From Collinsella sp. (lineage in GTDB: Bacteria; Actinomycetota; Coriobacteriia; Coriobacteriales; Coriobacteriaceae): a stretch of 64,000 nt of DNA. The position numbers and the translations under genes are program-made. A model generated the notes under the pieces. The model did not search any database. It was not told the origin of the DNA and worked only from the letters and a program-made list of their open reading frames with translations. Below, piece by piece: positions 37,092 through 45,723 of this stretch. The first letter of the stretch is position 1, and every line of letters begins with the position of its first letter. The DNA lies in contig JAXKGF010000046.1 in the NCBI GenBank assembly GCA_036550515.1, forward strand, positions 19,462-83,461. The letters run 5' to 3'.

Positions 37092-38426
37092 ATGAGCAAG
37101 ACAATAGTTAAGCCCACGCTCTCACTGGGCAACCACATCTATCTGTATCGCCTGCTGCGCGACGCGATTGGGTGCGGCAAGCAAACGTTTATGACGCAGG
37201 TCGAGGAGGCACTCGCCACTGGTGACATGGCCGCTTATGACCTGGGCTTTGAGTCCACGCGCGAGTTGCTCGAGGAGCTCGACGACTGCATTAAGCTGAC
37301 CGTCTTTAAGGGCGGTCGCCTGTATGCCACCGTCATCGCCAACGATGCCTGGGATACCGCCCTTGCCAAGGGCGAGGATAAGCCCAAGGCAGCCAAGGGA
37401 GCCAAGCAGTCCTACAAAAAGAAAAAGCGCGGCGAGAAGGACCTCAAGGCCGTGCGCCCTAAGCACGTTAAGCGTCCCGAGCCCGAGCCCGTGGCCGAAG
37501 TCGCTCCGGAGCCCGAGCCCGAGACAGAGATCGAAGTCGCTATTGAGGTAACGGCAGAAGCCGAAACCGAAATCGCCGCCACGACCGATCCCAAAGTCAT
37601 ATCCGAGCAGGAAGCCACTACGGAGCTCAACGAGGCTCCCAAGTCGACACCCGAAGAAGCCGCTAGCCAACCTGAGGCGCCTGCGCTCCAAAACAGCGAT
37701 GTCTTTGGCGACGAGGCCGAGGACGATCAGCCCGAAGAGCCCGCAGAACAGGACGCTGCCGAGGCGGCATCGGAGCCCGAGGCACCGCAGCCTGCCATCT
37801 CACTCACGGTCGTCTATGACCCCGAGAACGCAAACGCCGGCATCACCACCATGGCATCCACGCCCATCGAGGCAAAGTCGAGCGTCGAGAACGAGAACGC
37901 GACGCAGGTTGAGGTTGAAACCGCAGTTGCAGACGCGCCCGTCACCGTGAAGCCCGCAGATTCCACAACCAAGCCGAAGACGACGCTGGAGCCCGCAGAT
38001 TCCACGATCAAGCCGGAAGCGACGCCGGAGCCCGCACCCGTCATCGAATCCGTGCCCGCCGCTGCTTTCGACCAAATTCCCGCACCGGCACCCACAGCGG
38101 CCCCAACCCCCGCACCCGTAGCGCCCGCCATCCCCGAGGACTTCCCCATCGATTTCGCAACCGAAGTCTTCTGCCCCGGCCCGCTTCTGCACCAGTTGTC
38201 GACCTATCTCCCCTACGGCGCCGACACGCTCGGCATCGTCGGCGAGTACTACTGGATCGCCCGCGAGCGCGGCACCATCGAGGCCGCGCGAAACCGCGCA
38301 ATCTTCCCCCTGCGCTACACGCAGGCCGGCGAGCGCCGCGAGGTTGCCGTGCGCATCCGCCGCAACACCACCGGCGGTCTCGGAGCCACCTGGGCCATCG
38401 ACAAAGTCGAAGAACCCGAGCAGTAA
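37092..38426 (+). CDS. hypothetical protein: globular ends joined by ~250-aa acidic Pro/Glu/Ala-rich region
   Basis: AAGAGGAG RBS. N-terminal ~90 aa and C-terminal ~110 aa (..YYWIARERGTIEAARNRAIFPL..) look folded. Any DUF3825/OST-HTH-like resemblance is only a guess. Confidence 0.55.
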   Translation: MSKTIVKPTLSLGNHIYLYRLLRDAIGCGKQTFMTQVEEALATGDMAAYDLGFESTRELLEELDDCIKLTVFKGGRLYATVIANDAWDTALAKGEDKPKAAKGAKQSYKKKKRGEKDLKAVRPKHVKRPEPEPVAEVAPEPEPETEIEVAIEVTAEAETEIAATTDPKVISEQEATTELNEAPKSTPEEAASQPEAPALQNSDVFGDEAEDDQPEEPAEQDAAEAASEPEAPQPAISLTVVYDPENANAGITTMASTPIEAKSSVENENATQVEVETAVADAPVTVKPADSTTKPKTTLEPADSTIKPEATPEPAPVIESVPAAAFDQIPAPAPTAAPTPAPVAPAIPEDFPIDFATEVFCPGPLLHQLSTYLPYGADTLGIVGEYYWIARERGTIEAARNRAIFPLRYTQAGERREVAVRIRRNTTGGLGATWAIDKVEEPEQ

Positions 38427-38430
38427 CGAC

Positions 38431-38468
38431 AAACGGCTCAAATCCTAATCAGGATTTGAGCCGTTTTT
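38431..38468 (+). terminator. strong intrinsic terminator
   Basis: AAACGGCTCAAATCCT-aatc-AGGATTTGAGCCGTTT followed by TT. Confidence 0.85.
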
Positions 38469-38497
38469 ATTTGTTGATGTTCCGTGACCAACAGCGA

Positions 38498-38597
38498 GCG
38501 GGCCGCAAGTGCCCCAGGTTGCCGTGAAAGAGGAGCGACGCGTACTTCGGTACGCGAGCGACGGTTTGAACGGCAAGATGGGGTGCTTGCGGCCCGC
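38498..38597 (+). ncRNA. candidate structured RNA (100-nt rod-like hairpin, UUCG tetraloop)
   Basis: An 18-bp outer stem contains two G:U pairs that exist only in the plus-strand RNA. Inner stem is TTGCCGT/ACGGCAA. Apical stem is CGCGTAC-TTCG-GTACGCG. Confidence 0.45.
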
Positions 38598-38610
38598 GCA
38601 GCGTCGGGCA

Positions 38611-38638
38611 GTTACGCGGTTTGGTAAAACCGCGTAAC
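38611..38638. repeat. 12-bp perfect hairpin 4 nt downstream of ettA stop
   Basis: GTTACGCGGTTT-ggta-AAACCGCGTAAC. No U-tract on the minus strand. Confidence 0.6.
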
Positions 38639-38641
38639 AAA

Positions 38642-40321
38642 TTAGTCACGCGTCAGCTTGCGGTGAATACGATGCGGCTGGGCTGCGTCCTCGCCAAGGC
38701 GCTCGATACGGTTGGCCTGATAGGCTTCGAAGTTACCCTCGAACCAATACCAGTTGCCCGGGTTCTCGTCGGTGCCCTCCCACGCCAGGATGTGCGTGGC
38801 GACGCGGTCCAGGAACATACGGTCGTGGCTAATGACCACCGAGCAGCCCGGGAACTCGAGCAGTGCCGCCTCGAGAGAGGACAGCGTCTCGACGTCGAGA
38901 TCGTTCGTGGGCTCGTCGAGAAGCAGCAGGTTGCCGCCCTGCTTGAGCGTGAGCGCCAGGTTCAGACGGTTACGCTCGCCGCCGGAGAGCACGCCAGCGC
39001 GCTTCTGCTGGTCCTGGCCCTTAAAGCCAAAGCTCGCCACGTACGCGCGGCTGGGGACCTCGGTCTCGCCGACCATCATGTGGTCCAGGCCATCCGAGAC
39101 GACCTCCCACAGGTTCTTGTCGGGGTCGATGCCGGAACGGTTCTGATCGACATAGGAGATCTTGACGGTCTCGCCCACCTCGAGCTCGCCCGAAGTCAGC
39201 GGCTCCAGACCCACAATCGTCTTGAACAGCGTGGTCTTACCGACACCGTTGGGGCCGATGACGCCCACGATGCCGTTGCGCGGCAGGGTGAACGAAAGGT
39301 CATCGATGAGTACACGGCCATCGAACTCCTTGTGTAGGTGATGGGCCTCGAGCACCTTGTTGCCCAAACGCGGGCCCACGGGGATGCGGATGTCGGTCCA
39401 GTCGAGCTTCTGGCTTGCGCGGGCCTCGGCCTCCATCTCCTCGTAGCGAGCCAGACGGGCCTTGTTCTTGGCCTGGCGAGCCTTGGGCGAGCTGCGTACC
39501 CACTCGAGCTCGGCCTCCATGCGCTTGGCGAGCTTGGCATCGCGGTTGCCCTGTGCCTCGATACGCGCGGCCTTAGTCTCCAGATACGTGGAGTAGTTGC
39601 CCTTGTAGGGATAAAGGTGGCCACGGTCGACCTCGCAGATCCACTCGGCAACGTTATCCAAGAAGTAGCGGTCGTGCGTAACGGCAAGCACCGCGCCCTG
39701 GTAGTTGTGCAGGAAGTGCTCGAGCCACAGGATCGACTCGGCGTCCAGGTGGTTCGTGGGCTCGTCGAGCAGCAGCAGGTCGGGAGCTTCGAGCAGCAGC
39801 TTGCACAGGGCCACGCGACGGCGCTCGCCGCCGGAAAGTACGTTGACCGGCATGTCGGAATCGGGCAGCTGCAGGGCGTCCATGGCCTGGCCGAGCTTGG
39901 AATCGATATCCCAGCCGTCGGCGGCATCAATCTCGTCCTGGAGCTTTCCCATCTCGGCCATGAGGGCGTCCATGTCGCAATCCGGGTCGCACATCTCCTC
40001 GCCGATCTTGTTGAAGCGATCGACCTTGGCGATCATGTCGCCAAATGCCATGCGCACGTTCTCGATGACGGTCTTGTCATCGTCGAGCGGCGGCTCCTGC
40101 TGCAGGATGCCCACGGTGTAGCCGGGGGTGAGCCTGGCATCGCCGTTGGAGACCTCCTCGATGCCGGCCATGATCTTGAGCAGGGTCGACTTGCCCATAC
40201 CATTGGGGCCCACGACGCCGATCTTGGCACCGGGGTAGAAGCTCAGGGTCACGTCGTCAAGGATTACCTTGTCGCCATGGGCCTTACGAGCCTGATACAT
40301 CTGGTAGATAAACTCCGCCAT
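38642..40321 (-). CDS. ettA: ABC-F translational throttle protein EttA
   Basis: MAEFIYQMYQARKAHGDK N-terminus. Two ABC cassettes: GPNGMGKST/LSGGERRRVAL/LLLDEPTNHLD and GPNGVGKTT/LSGGERNRLNL/LLLDEPTNDLD. Confidence 0.93.
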   Translation of the reverse strand: MAEFIYQMYQARKAHGDKVILDDVTLSFYPGAKIGVVGPNGMGKSTLLKIMAGIEEVSNGDARLTPGYTVGILQQEPPLDDDKTVIENVRMAFGDMIAKVDRFNKIGEEMCDPDCDMDALMAEMGKLQDEIDAADGWDIDSKLGQAMDALQLPDSDMPVNVLSGGERRRVALCKLLLEAPDLLLLDEPTNHLDAESILWLEHFLHNYQGAVLAVTHDRYFLDNVAEWICEVDRGHLYPYKGNYSTYLETKAARIEAQGNRDAKLAKRMEAELEWVRSSPKARQAKNKARLARYEEMEAEARASQKLDWTDIRIPVGPRLGNKVLEAHHLHKEFDGRVLIDDLSFTLPRNGIVGVIGPNGVGKTTLFKTIVGLEPLTSGELEVGETVKISYVDQNRSGIDPDKNLWEVVSDGLDHMMVGETEVPSRAYVASFGFKGQDQQKRAGVLSGGERNRLNLALTLKQGGNLLLLDEPTNDLDVETLSSLEAALLEFPGCSVVISHDRMFLDRVATHILAWEGTDENPGNWYWFEGNFEAYQANRIERLGEDAAQPHRIHRKLTRD

Positions 40322-40412
40322 TTGCCTGTTTTATCCTTTCTACCTGCTGTTTCCCTATTCTTGTTTCGCCTAAGTGGAAACGAAATGGAAAAACCAGCTC
40401 TGAAACGTAACG

Positions 40413-40432
40413 AAAAAAGGGCATGGTTGCCC
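40413..40432 (-). terminator. intrinsic terminator after sdpI-like gene
   Basis: Minus strand reads GGGCA-acca-TGCCC followed by TTTTTT. Confidence 0.6.
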
Positions 40433-40506
40433 ATACCCCCTAATACTACCTGGGAAAAGTTCCCCCGGAACATACTATGAACTGCGTACGCTAGTTTTCC
40501 GCAACC

Positions 40507-41220
40507 TTAGCGAGCGGCTCGCTGCGATTTGCGCCACAGCAGATACGAGTAGACGTAGACGGCTCCAACCGAACCAAACGCCAGAACCGCAATCACCGCG
40601 GCGACGACTTCACTCGAAAGCACGCTGCCTGCCACGCCCATCACAATCAGGCCAAAGCCCAGCACCATAAAGCAGGCACCGCCAAAGCGCTGCGTACGGC
40701 GCCAGTTCTCGGGATTGGCAAGCGCCCAAGGCGTCTTGATACCGAGCGTATAGTTCTGCTTCACACGCGGCAAGTAGTTGCCTACGCCGATGAACAGCAA
40801 ACCGACAACACCGGAAATCAGCACGTTGACCGAACCGACCGCCGGCACCACGCCCCAGACCGTAAGCTCTCCCAGCCAGCTTATGGCGCACATGAACAAG
40901 GTGAAGGCGATTACGAAGCCCTGATAGAACTTGCCCGAGGTTCGATATGCCTCACCTTTGGGATCGATGCGCGGCACCACGCAGAACATTGCGAGAAGCA
41001 CCAGAGGCAGCACGCCGAGCGCGGAGGCCATCCAGCTGGGACCCCAACCGTCGACGGCGCCGTTCGCGCCCCAGTGCGTGGGAATCTGCCCAGGCAAGCT
41101 CGGCATCACCATGAGATGCGCTGCGACATTGGCGACGCACAGAGCGACCAGCGCAATCCACACGCGCGACGATACCCCCGTGGGGTGAATGCCCTTGTTT
41201 TCGTTATTCATCCTTATCAC
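40507..41220 (-). CDS. SdpI-family membrane (immunity/signal) protein
   Basis: Multi-TM protein with a DUF1648-like N-terminus and SdpI-like C-terminus (NYTLGIKTPWALANPENWRRTQRFGG). It overlaps the upstream ArsR-family gene. Confidence 0.7.
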   Translation of the reverse strand: MIRMNNENKGIHPTGVSSRVWIALVALCVANVAAHLMVMPSLPGQIPTHWGANGAVDGWGPSWMASALGVLPLVLLAMFCVVPRIDPKGEAYRTSGKFYQGFVIAFTLFMCAISWLGELTVWGVVPAVGSVNVLISGVVGLLFIGVGNYLPRVKQNYTLGIKTPWALANPENWRRTQRFGGACFMVLGFGLIVMGVAGSVLSSEVVAAVIAVLAFGSVGAVYVYSYLLWRKSQRAAR

Positions 41221-41482
41221 CTTCCGTGTTTGTAAAGCCCATAAACCAACCGATCAAGTCCTGCATGACGGTAGTGTTTAAGCTGTATACGATGTTTTGA
41301 CCATGACGTTCGTCGGTTACCAACCCGGCGTTTTTGAGCGTCGCCAAGTGATGGCTCAGCGACGGCTTACTGATATCGAAATGCTCGGCAAGCTCCCCCG
41401 CCGTGCAATTGCCCTCGCGCAGCAACTCCAAAATGCGCCGTCGCGTTGGATCGGCAAGCGCCTTAAAACCCTCTCCCGGCAT
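41204..41482 (-). CDS. ArsR/SdpR-family transcriptional repressor
   Basis: ALADPTRRRILELL..CTAGELAEHFDISKPSLSHHLATLKNAGLV winged HTH. AGGGGG RBS before ATG 41482. Confidence 0.85.
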   Translation of the reverse strand: MPGEGFKALADPTRRRILELLREGNCTAGELAEHFDISKPSLSHHLATLKNAGLVTDERHGQNIVYSLNTTVMQDLIGWFMGFTNTEGDKDE

Positions 41483-41648
41483 AAGACCCCCTTTCATCAT
41501 CTCTCATGACGCGCACACTATACTCGATATTTAGATGTTTGTCTAATTATCTAATACAGGAACATCTATAGAACATTCGTTCGTATTTAGCTACAATGGA
41601 AGTTGAAGCAGATGGGCCAGCTCCCTCTACCCGAGAAGGAGATGGACT

Positions 41649-41735
41649 ATGAGTATTGACGATGTCCTGACGTTGTTATTGCTTGTAATCGCGGCTGTGG
41701 AGCTCGGCATCCACATTGGAGGTCGAATGAAATAG
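41649..41735 (+). CDS. 28-aa hydrophobic peptide (holin-like-toxin / type I toxin-like)
   Basis: MSIDDVLTLLLLVIAAVELGIHIGGRMK. AAGGAG RBS 7 nt upstream and a TACAAT -10-like box at 41592. It is too short to appear in the ORF track. Confidence 0.4.
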   Translation: MSIDDVLTLLLLVIAAVELGIHIGGRMK

Positions 41736-41941
41736 CCGCCCCCGCGTAATGCGAAGACGGCCACTTCTCACGCCATAAACGTGTTTCGGAGTTGGCCAAC
41801 CCGCTGCAACGGGTGCCATCTGCTTCAATCTTATGCGAATCCCGATCCCATTTCAACAAGCCCAAGGGCTCAAATGGAATCGCAATAATACGTATAATGG
41901 CGATAGCTAAAACACGACCGACTCCCCATCGGAGGATATCT

Positions 41942-42739
41942 ATGACCGAGACCACAGCCGCAGCCGCCATCGAGACACGCGACACCAAGCTCGAGATTAT
42001 CATGGGCCGCGAGGCACTCGATAAGCTCGCCGATGCTACGGTGCTAGTGCTCGGCTGCGGAGGCGTGGGCTCCAACTGCTGCGAGGCACTCGCCCGCGGC
42101 GGCATTGGTCATTTCGTCATTCTGGATAAGGACATCATCGCGCCCAGCAATATCAATCGCCAGGCCATCGCCTTTCACAGCACCGTCGGCAAGCGCAAGG
42201 TTGACGTGATGGAGGCCATGATCCACGACATCAATCCCGCCGCCACCGTCATCAAGCGCACCGAATACTTGCTGAGCGACAACATCGATGATTTCTTCGC
42301 GAGCGTTTTGGAGCAGACGGACGGCAAGCTCGACTACGTCGTCGACGCCATCGACACCATCTCGGCCAAGCTCACCATTGCCAAATACGCTCAGGACCAC
42401 GGCATTCGTTTGGTTAGCTCCATGGGCGGGGCCAACAAGCTCCATCCCGAGTGCCTCCGCTTTGCCGACATTTTCGATACGGTACGTGACCCCATGAGCC
42501 GCATTATGCGCAAAGAATGCAAGAAGCGCGGAATCAAGAGCCTACACGTACTGTTTAGCTGCGAGGAATCGGTTAAGACACAGCCCCGCGACCCTTCCAA
42601 CATCCACGAGCGCACCGAGCTGGGAACCGCCAGCTTTATGCCGCCCATCATGGGCCAGATGATCGCCGGCGAGGTTATCCGCCAGATCAGTGGCCGCGGC
42701 ACCGAGCGCGTGCGCGCCGATGGCCAGCGCCTGGACTAG
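41942..42739 (+). CDS. tcdA: tRNA threonylcarbamoyladenosine dehydratase (ThiF/MoeB-family, TcdA-like)
   Basis: LVLGCGGVGSNCCEALARGGIG..DKDIIAPSNINRQ. GGAGGA RBS before ATG 41942. Confidence 0.8.
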   Translation: MTETTAAAAIETRDTKLEIIMGREALDKLADATVLVLGCGGVGSNCCEALARGGIGHFVILDKDIIAPSNINRQAIAFHSTVGKRKVDVMEAMIHDINPAATVIKRTEYLLSDNIDDFFASVLEQTDGKLDYVVDAIDTISAKLTIAKYAQDHGIRLVSSMGGANKLHPECLRFADIFDTVRDPMSRIMRKECKKRGIKSLHVLFSCEESVKTQPRDPSNIHERTELGTASFMPPIMGQMIAGEVIRQISGRGTERVRADGQRLD

Positions 42740-42753
42740 CAGGATGCCCTACG

Positions 42754-43536
42754 ATGGAACCGCGATTCTTTGACGCGCATTGTCACCTTGATTTGATGCT
42801 CAGCCCCGATGCTGCAGCCAGTGAGTCGGCGGCATTGGGTCTGGGGCTCTTTGATTGCGGCGTCGATCCACGCGACTTTTCGGCCGCAAACGAGCGCGCT
42901 CGTCGCCACCCGGGCATCATCGCCGGCGTTGGGCTTCACCCCTGGTGGCTCGCCGATGGCCACTGCGGTTTTGCCGAAGTCAATCTGCTTTGCGAAGTTG
43001 CTGCCCAAGAACGCTACGTCGGCGAAGTCGGACTCGACTTTTCCGCGCGCTTTGCTGGAAGTGAGCCGCTACAAATACAGGCACTTAACCGGCTCTGCGA
43101 TGCGCTCGTGCAGCATCCTCTTACCGGGCGCGTGATATCAATTCACGCCGTTCGTTCGGCAGGAGCCGTACTGGACGTCCTCGAATCGCATGGACTACTC
43201 ATCCCAAACCCCGACTCCCCCGCTATCATCTTCCACTGGTTTAGCGGCACTTCGGACGAACTCACCCGCGCGCGTAACGCGGGCTGCTATTTTTCCGTCA
43301 ACGAACGCATGCTCGCGACCAAGCGCGGTCGCGAATACGCACGACAGATTCCACTCGACCGCCTACTGCTCGAGACCGATGCGCCGGCCGAGCCAAACAC
43401 AGAAACAAGCGCGCAGTCGCTCATCAGGTCGCTCACAAGGACCTCAGAACGCATCACCTCGCTCAAAAACTGCGACGCAAAGCGCATCGAGTCGATAGTT
43501 TTAACAAATGCGCGCTCTGTTTTTGACCTTCGCTAA
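42754..43536 (+). CDS. TatD-family metal-dependent hydrolase
   Basis: FDAHCHLD N-terminal motif, SIHAV.., LLLETDAP. Confidence 0.85.
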   Translation: MEPRFFDAHCHLDLMLSPDAAASESAALGLGLFDCGVDPRDFSAANERARRHPGIIAGVGLHPWWLADGHCGFAEVNLLCEVAAQERYVGEVGLDFSARFAGSEPLQIQALNRLCDALVQHPLTGRVISIHAVRSAGAVLDVLESHGLLIPNPDSPAIIFHWFSGTSDELTRARNAGCYFSVNERMLATKRGREYARQIPLDRLLLETDAPAEPNTETSAQSLIRSLTRTSERITSLKNCDAKRIESIVLTNARSVFDLR

Positions 43537-43541
43537 CCCCT

Positions 43542-43774
43542 GGTGTGCAAAAAATGCCAAATATGAGTACTGCTACCGGAATGGATACATTTCTTTTAAC
43601 TTTCCAACCGCCAGAATAATCCTCGATTGTCCGCTAATTAAAGCTTTTACAGTCATTCATCCTGCGTTTTCGCAAATCTTAAACCCCTCCAGACGCTCAA
43701 ATCACGTCTGAAGGGGTTGATTTTGCTGCGACTAAATTAGTCACAGTACTCATATTTGGCATTTTTTGCACACC
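43542..43774. repeat. 233-bp element bounded by perfect 31-bp terminal inverted repeats (MITE-like / inverton-like)
   Basis: GGTGTGCAAAAAATGCCAAATATGAGTACTG at 43542-43572 is the exact reverse complement of 43744-43774. The 171-bp AT-rich core sits between convergent genes. Confidence 0.85.
43684..43725 (+). terminator. intrinsic terminator inside the IR-bounded element
   Basis: CCCCTCCAGACG-ctcaaatca-CGTCTGAAGGGG followed by TTGATTTTG. Confidence 0.55.
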
Positions 43775-43815
43775 GGGTCCCGAGGAGGCGCCTGCACCTC
43801 CCCAGGACCGCTCGG

Positions 43816-44679
43816 CTATTCGACGATTGGTGCTCCGTGGCCCCAAGAACCTTCCATGCCGCACACGGTCGAGGCAAACCCGGCAGCAAAGTCGAGCGCG
43901 CGCTCGATGGCCTCGGCGCCATCTTCACCACGCTTGGCGGAATCGAGATAGCACATCAAAAACGAGGTAAGGAACGAGTCGCCCGCCCCCATGGTGTCCT
44001 TCATGTCCGTTACCGGTTTAGCCAGCTGGCGGTAATAACGATCGCCGTCGTAAGCAATGCAGCCCTCGGCGCCCGCCGTAGCCGACACAAAACGCGGACC
44101 CAAGCCCTTCACCCATGCCAGACGCTCGCGGATCTCGTCCTCACTCGCGGCATCCGCCGCACTAAAGAAGGCGAAATCGACGTAGGGCGCAATCTGCTCG
44201 TAGTACTCGTCGGTAGAGTCGTCCGAAAAGTCAAAAGAGACCGTGACGCCCGCAGCCTTCAACTTGGGCAGCTCGCGCTCGGTAAAGCAATAGTTGCCCG
44301 AATGAACCACATCGAACTGCTTCATGTACGAAAGGTCAAAGCGATCGAGGACATAGCGCGCATCGCCACGGATACCGCCCTCGTTGGAGCCAAGGAAGAC
44401 ACGGTCACCGTCAACGACGGTCACGCGAGCCGCTCCGTTCTCGCCAATCATCTGCTCGCACTTGTCAAGCTCGATACCCTCATCCTCGAGGCTTGCAATG
44501 ACATGCTCGGCAGCGGCGTCATTGCCAAAAATGCCCATGTATGCAGAGCGTGCGGCACCGCATTTCTTGGCATAAACGGCGAAGTTAACCGCGTTACCGC
44601 CAGGATACATGGTGTGGATATGCTCGTAGCGATCGACGACGTTGTCGCCAAATCCGAGCGCGTTAACGTTAAATGCCAT
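43816..44679 (-). CDS. frlD: PfkB-family kinase, fructoselysine 6-kinase (FrlD)-like
   Basis: Colinear with E. coli FrlD as I recall it: GDNVVDRY, GGNAVNFAVY, DRVF, FDFSD, VDFAFFSA, DTMGAGDSF. Confidence 0.75.
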   Translation of the reverse strand: MAFNVNALGFGDNVVDRYEHIHTMYPGGNAVNFAVYAKKCGAARSAYMGIFGNDAAAEHVIASLEDEGIELDKCEQMIGENGAARVTVVDGDRVFLGSNEGGIRGDARYVLDRFDLSYMKQFDVVHSGNYCFTERELPKLKAAGVTVSFDFSDDSTDEYYEQIAPYVDFAFFSAADAASEDEIRERLAWVKGLGPRFVSATAGAEGCIAYDGDRYYRQLAKPVTDMKDTMGAGDSFLTSFLMCYLDSAKRGEDGAEAIERALDFAAGFASTVCGMEGSWGHGAPIVE

Positions 44680-44693
44680 GGCCTTTGTCCCTT

Positions 44694-45662
44694 CTAGTAC
44701 TCGACGACGCCCATATAGCGGCGGAAATCGGGATCGTGATCAAACACCTTGCCGCGTGCAGCACGCAGTTCGCAGTTCATGGCGTAGAACAGCACCGGGT
44801 CCAGATAGGCACGGACGCTCGCCGGCACGGCTTCCATACCGTACTCCTTGGCATCGAGCACCATCAGCGTATCGGTATGCGTCTTAAGGAACGCCAGGGC
44901 GCGCTCGTCCATAGCACGGCACTCGCTGGAGCCCATCTGCAGGAAGTAAAAAACGCCATCCTGAGTAGCCTCGAAGGGGCCATGGAAGTACTCGGCAGAG
45001 TGGATGTAGCTGCAGTGCTGCCACTGCATCTCCATAAGAGAGCAGATAGCGAAACCGTAGGTCTGGCTAAAGTTGGGACCGCTGCCCAGAATATAGAAGA
45101 ACTCGTGCTCCTGGCAAAGCTTGGCAAAACGATCGCCCAGCTCGGCATTTACCTTCTCACGTGCCGGGGGAAGAATCTTATCCATCTCGGCGATACCGGC
45201 ATACATATCGGCAAGATCGGCGTAGCCCTCCTGCTGATCGAGCAGCTCGGCCGCAAGCGACAGCGAAATGCCAGCGGGGACCTCGGCCTGCGGCACGCCC
45301 TCGCCCCACGGGTAGACCCACGTGGTCCACTTGCCGGAGTCGATCTTAGATCCAGCGTTGTCGGTCTGGGCGATCACCGTAGCGCCGGCAGCAAGGGCAA
45401 TCTCACAGCCCTCGACGACCTCGGGAGTGTTGCCACTATGGCTACAAGCGATGACCAGGGACTTCTCGCCCAGACGACGCGGACGCATGATATCGAACTC
45501 GCGAGCCGTATAGATATACGAAGTGAAGGTGGTTGCCTCGCGCTGCAGAAGCTCATGAGCCGGGATCAAATCGATCATGGAGCCGCCGCAAGCAATCCAG
45601 TAGACGCTGTCGAACTTGCCCTTCTCGGCAATTGCCTCTTTGATCAGATCGTGTGCGTTCAT
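44694..45662 (-). CDS. frlB: SIS-domain fructoselysine-6-phosphate deglycase (FrlB)-like
   Basis: SIS motifs (VYWIACGGSM, VIACSHSGNTPE) and a C-terminus DPDFRRYMGVVEY like FrlB ..NPDERRYYGGLVEY. ATG 45662 lies behind AAAGGAA. Confidence 0.75.
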   Translation of the reverse strand: MNAHDLIKEAIAEKGKFDSVYWIACGGSMIDLIPAHELLQREATTFTSYIYTAREFDIMRPRRLGEKSLVIACSHSGNTPEVVEGCEIALAAGATVIAQTDNAGSKIDSGKWTTWVYPWGEGVPQAEVPAGISLSLAAELLDQQEGYADLADMYAGIAEMDKILPPAREKVNAELGDRFAKLCQEHEFFYILGSGPNFSQTYGFAICSLMEMQWQHCSYIHSAEYFHGPFEATQDGVFYFLQMGSSECRAMDERALAFLKTHTDTLMVLDAKEYGMEAVPASVRAYLDPVLFYAMNCELRAARGKVFDHDPDFRRYMGVVEY

Positions 45663-45723
45663 ATCCAGTTCCTTTCTTGTTTGGCCGCAATCAATGACGT
45701 TGGTTGCGTGGCCGATAGTTGTT

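Noticed and set aside
41647-42105. 152-aa minus-strand ORF across the sdpR/tcdA spacer
   Set aside because: It overlaps the tcdA 5' end and the small-peptide gene in antisense. It is Ser/Pro/Ala-rich with no RBS.
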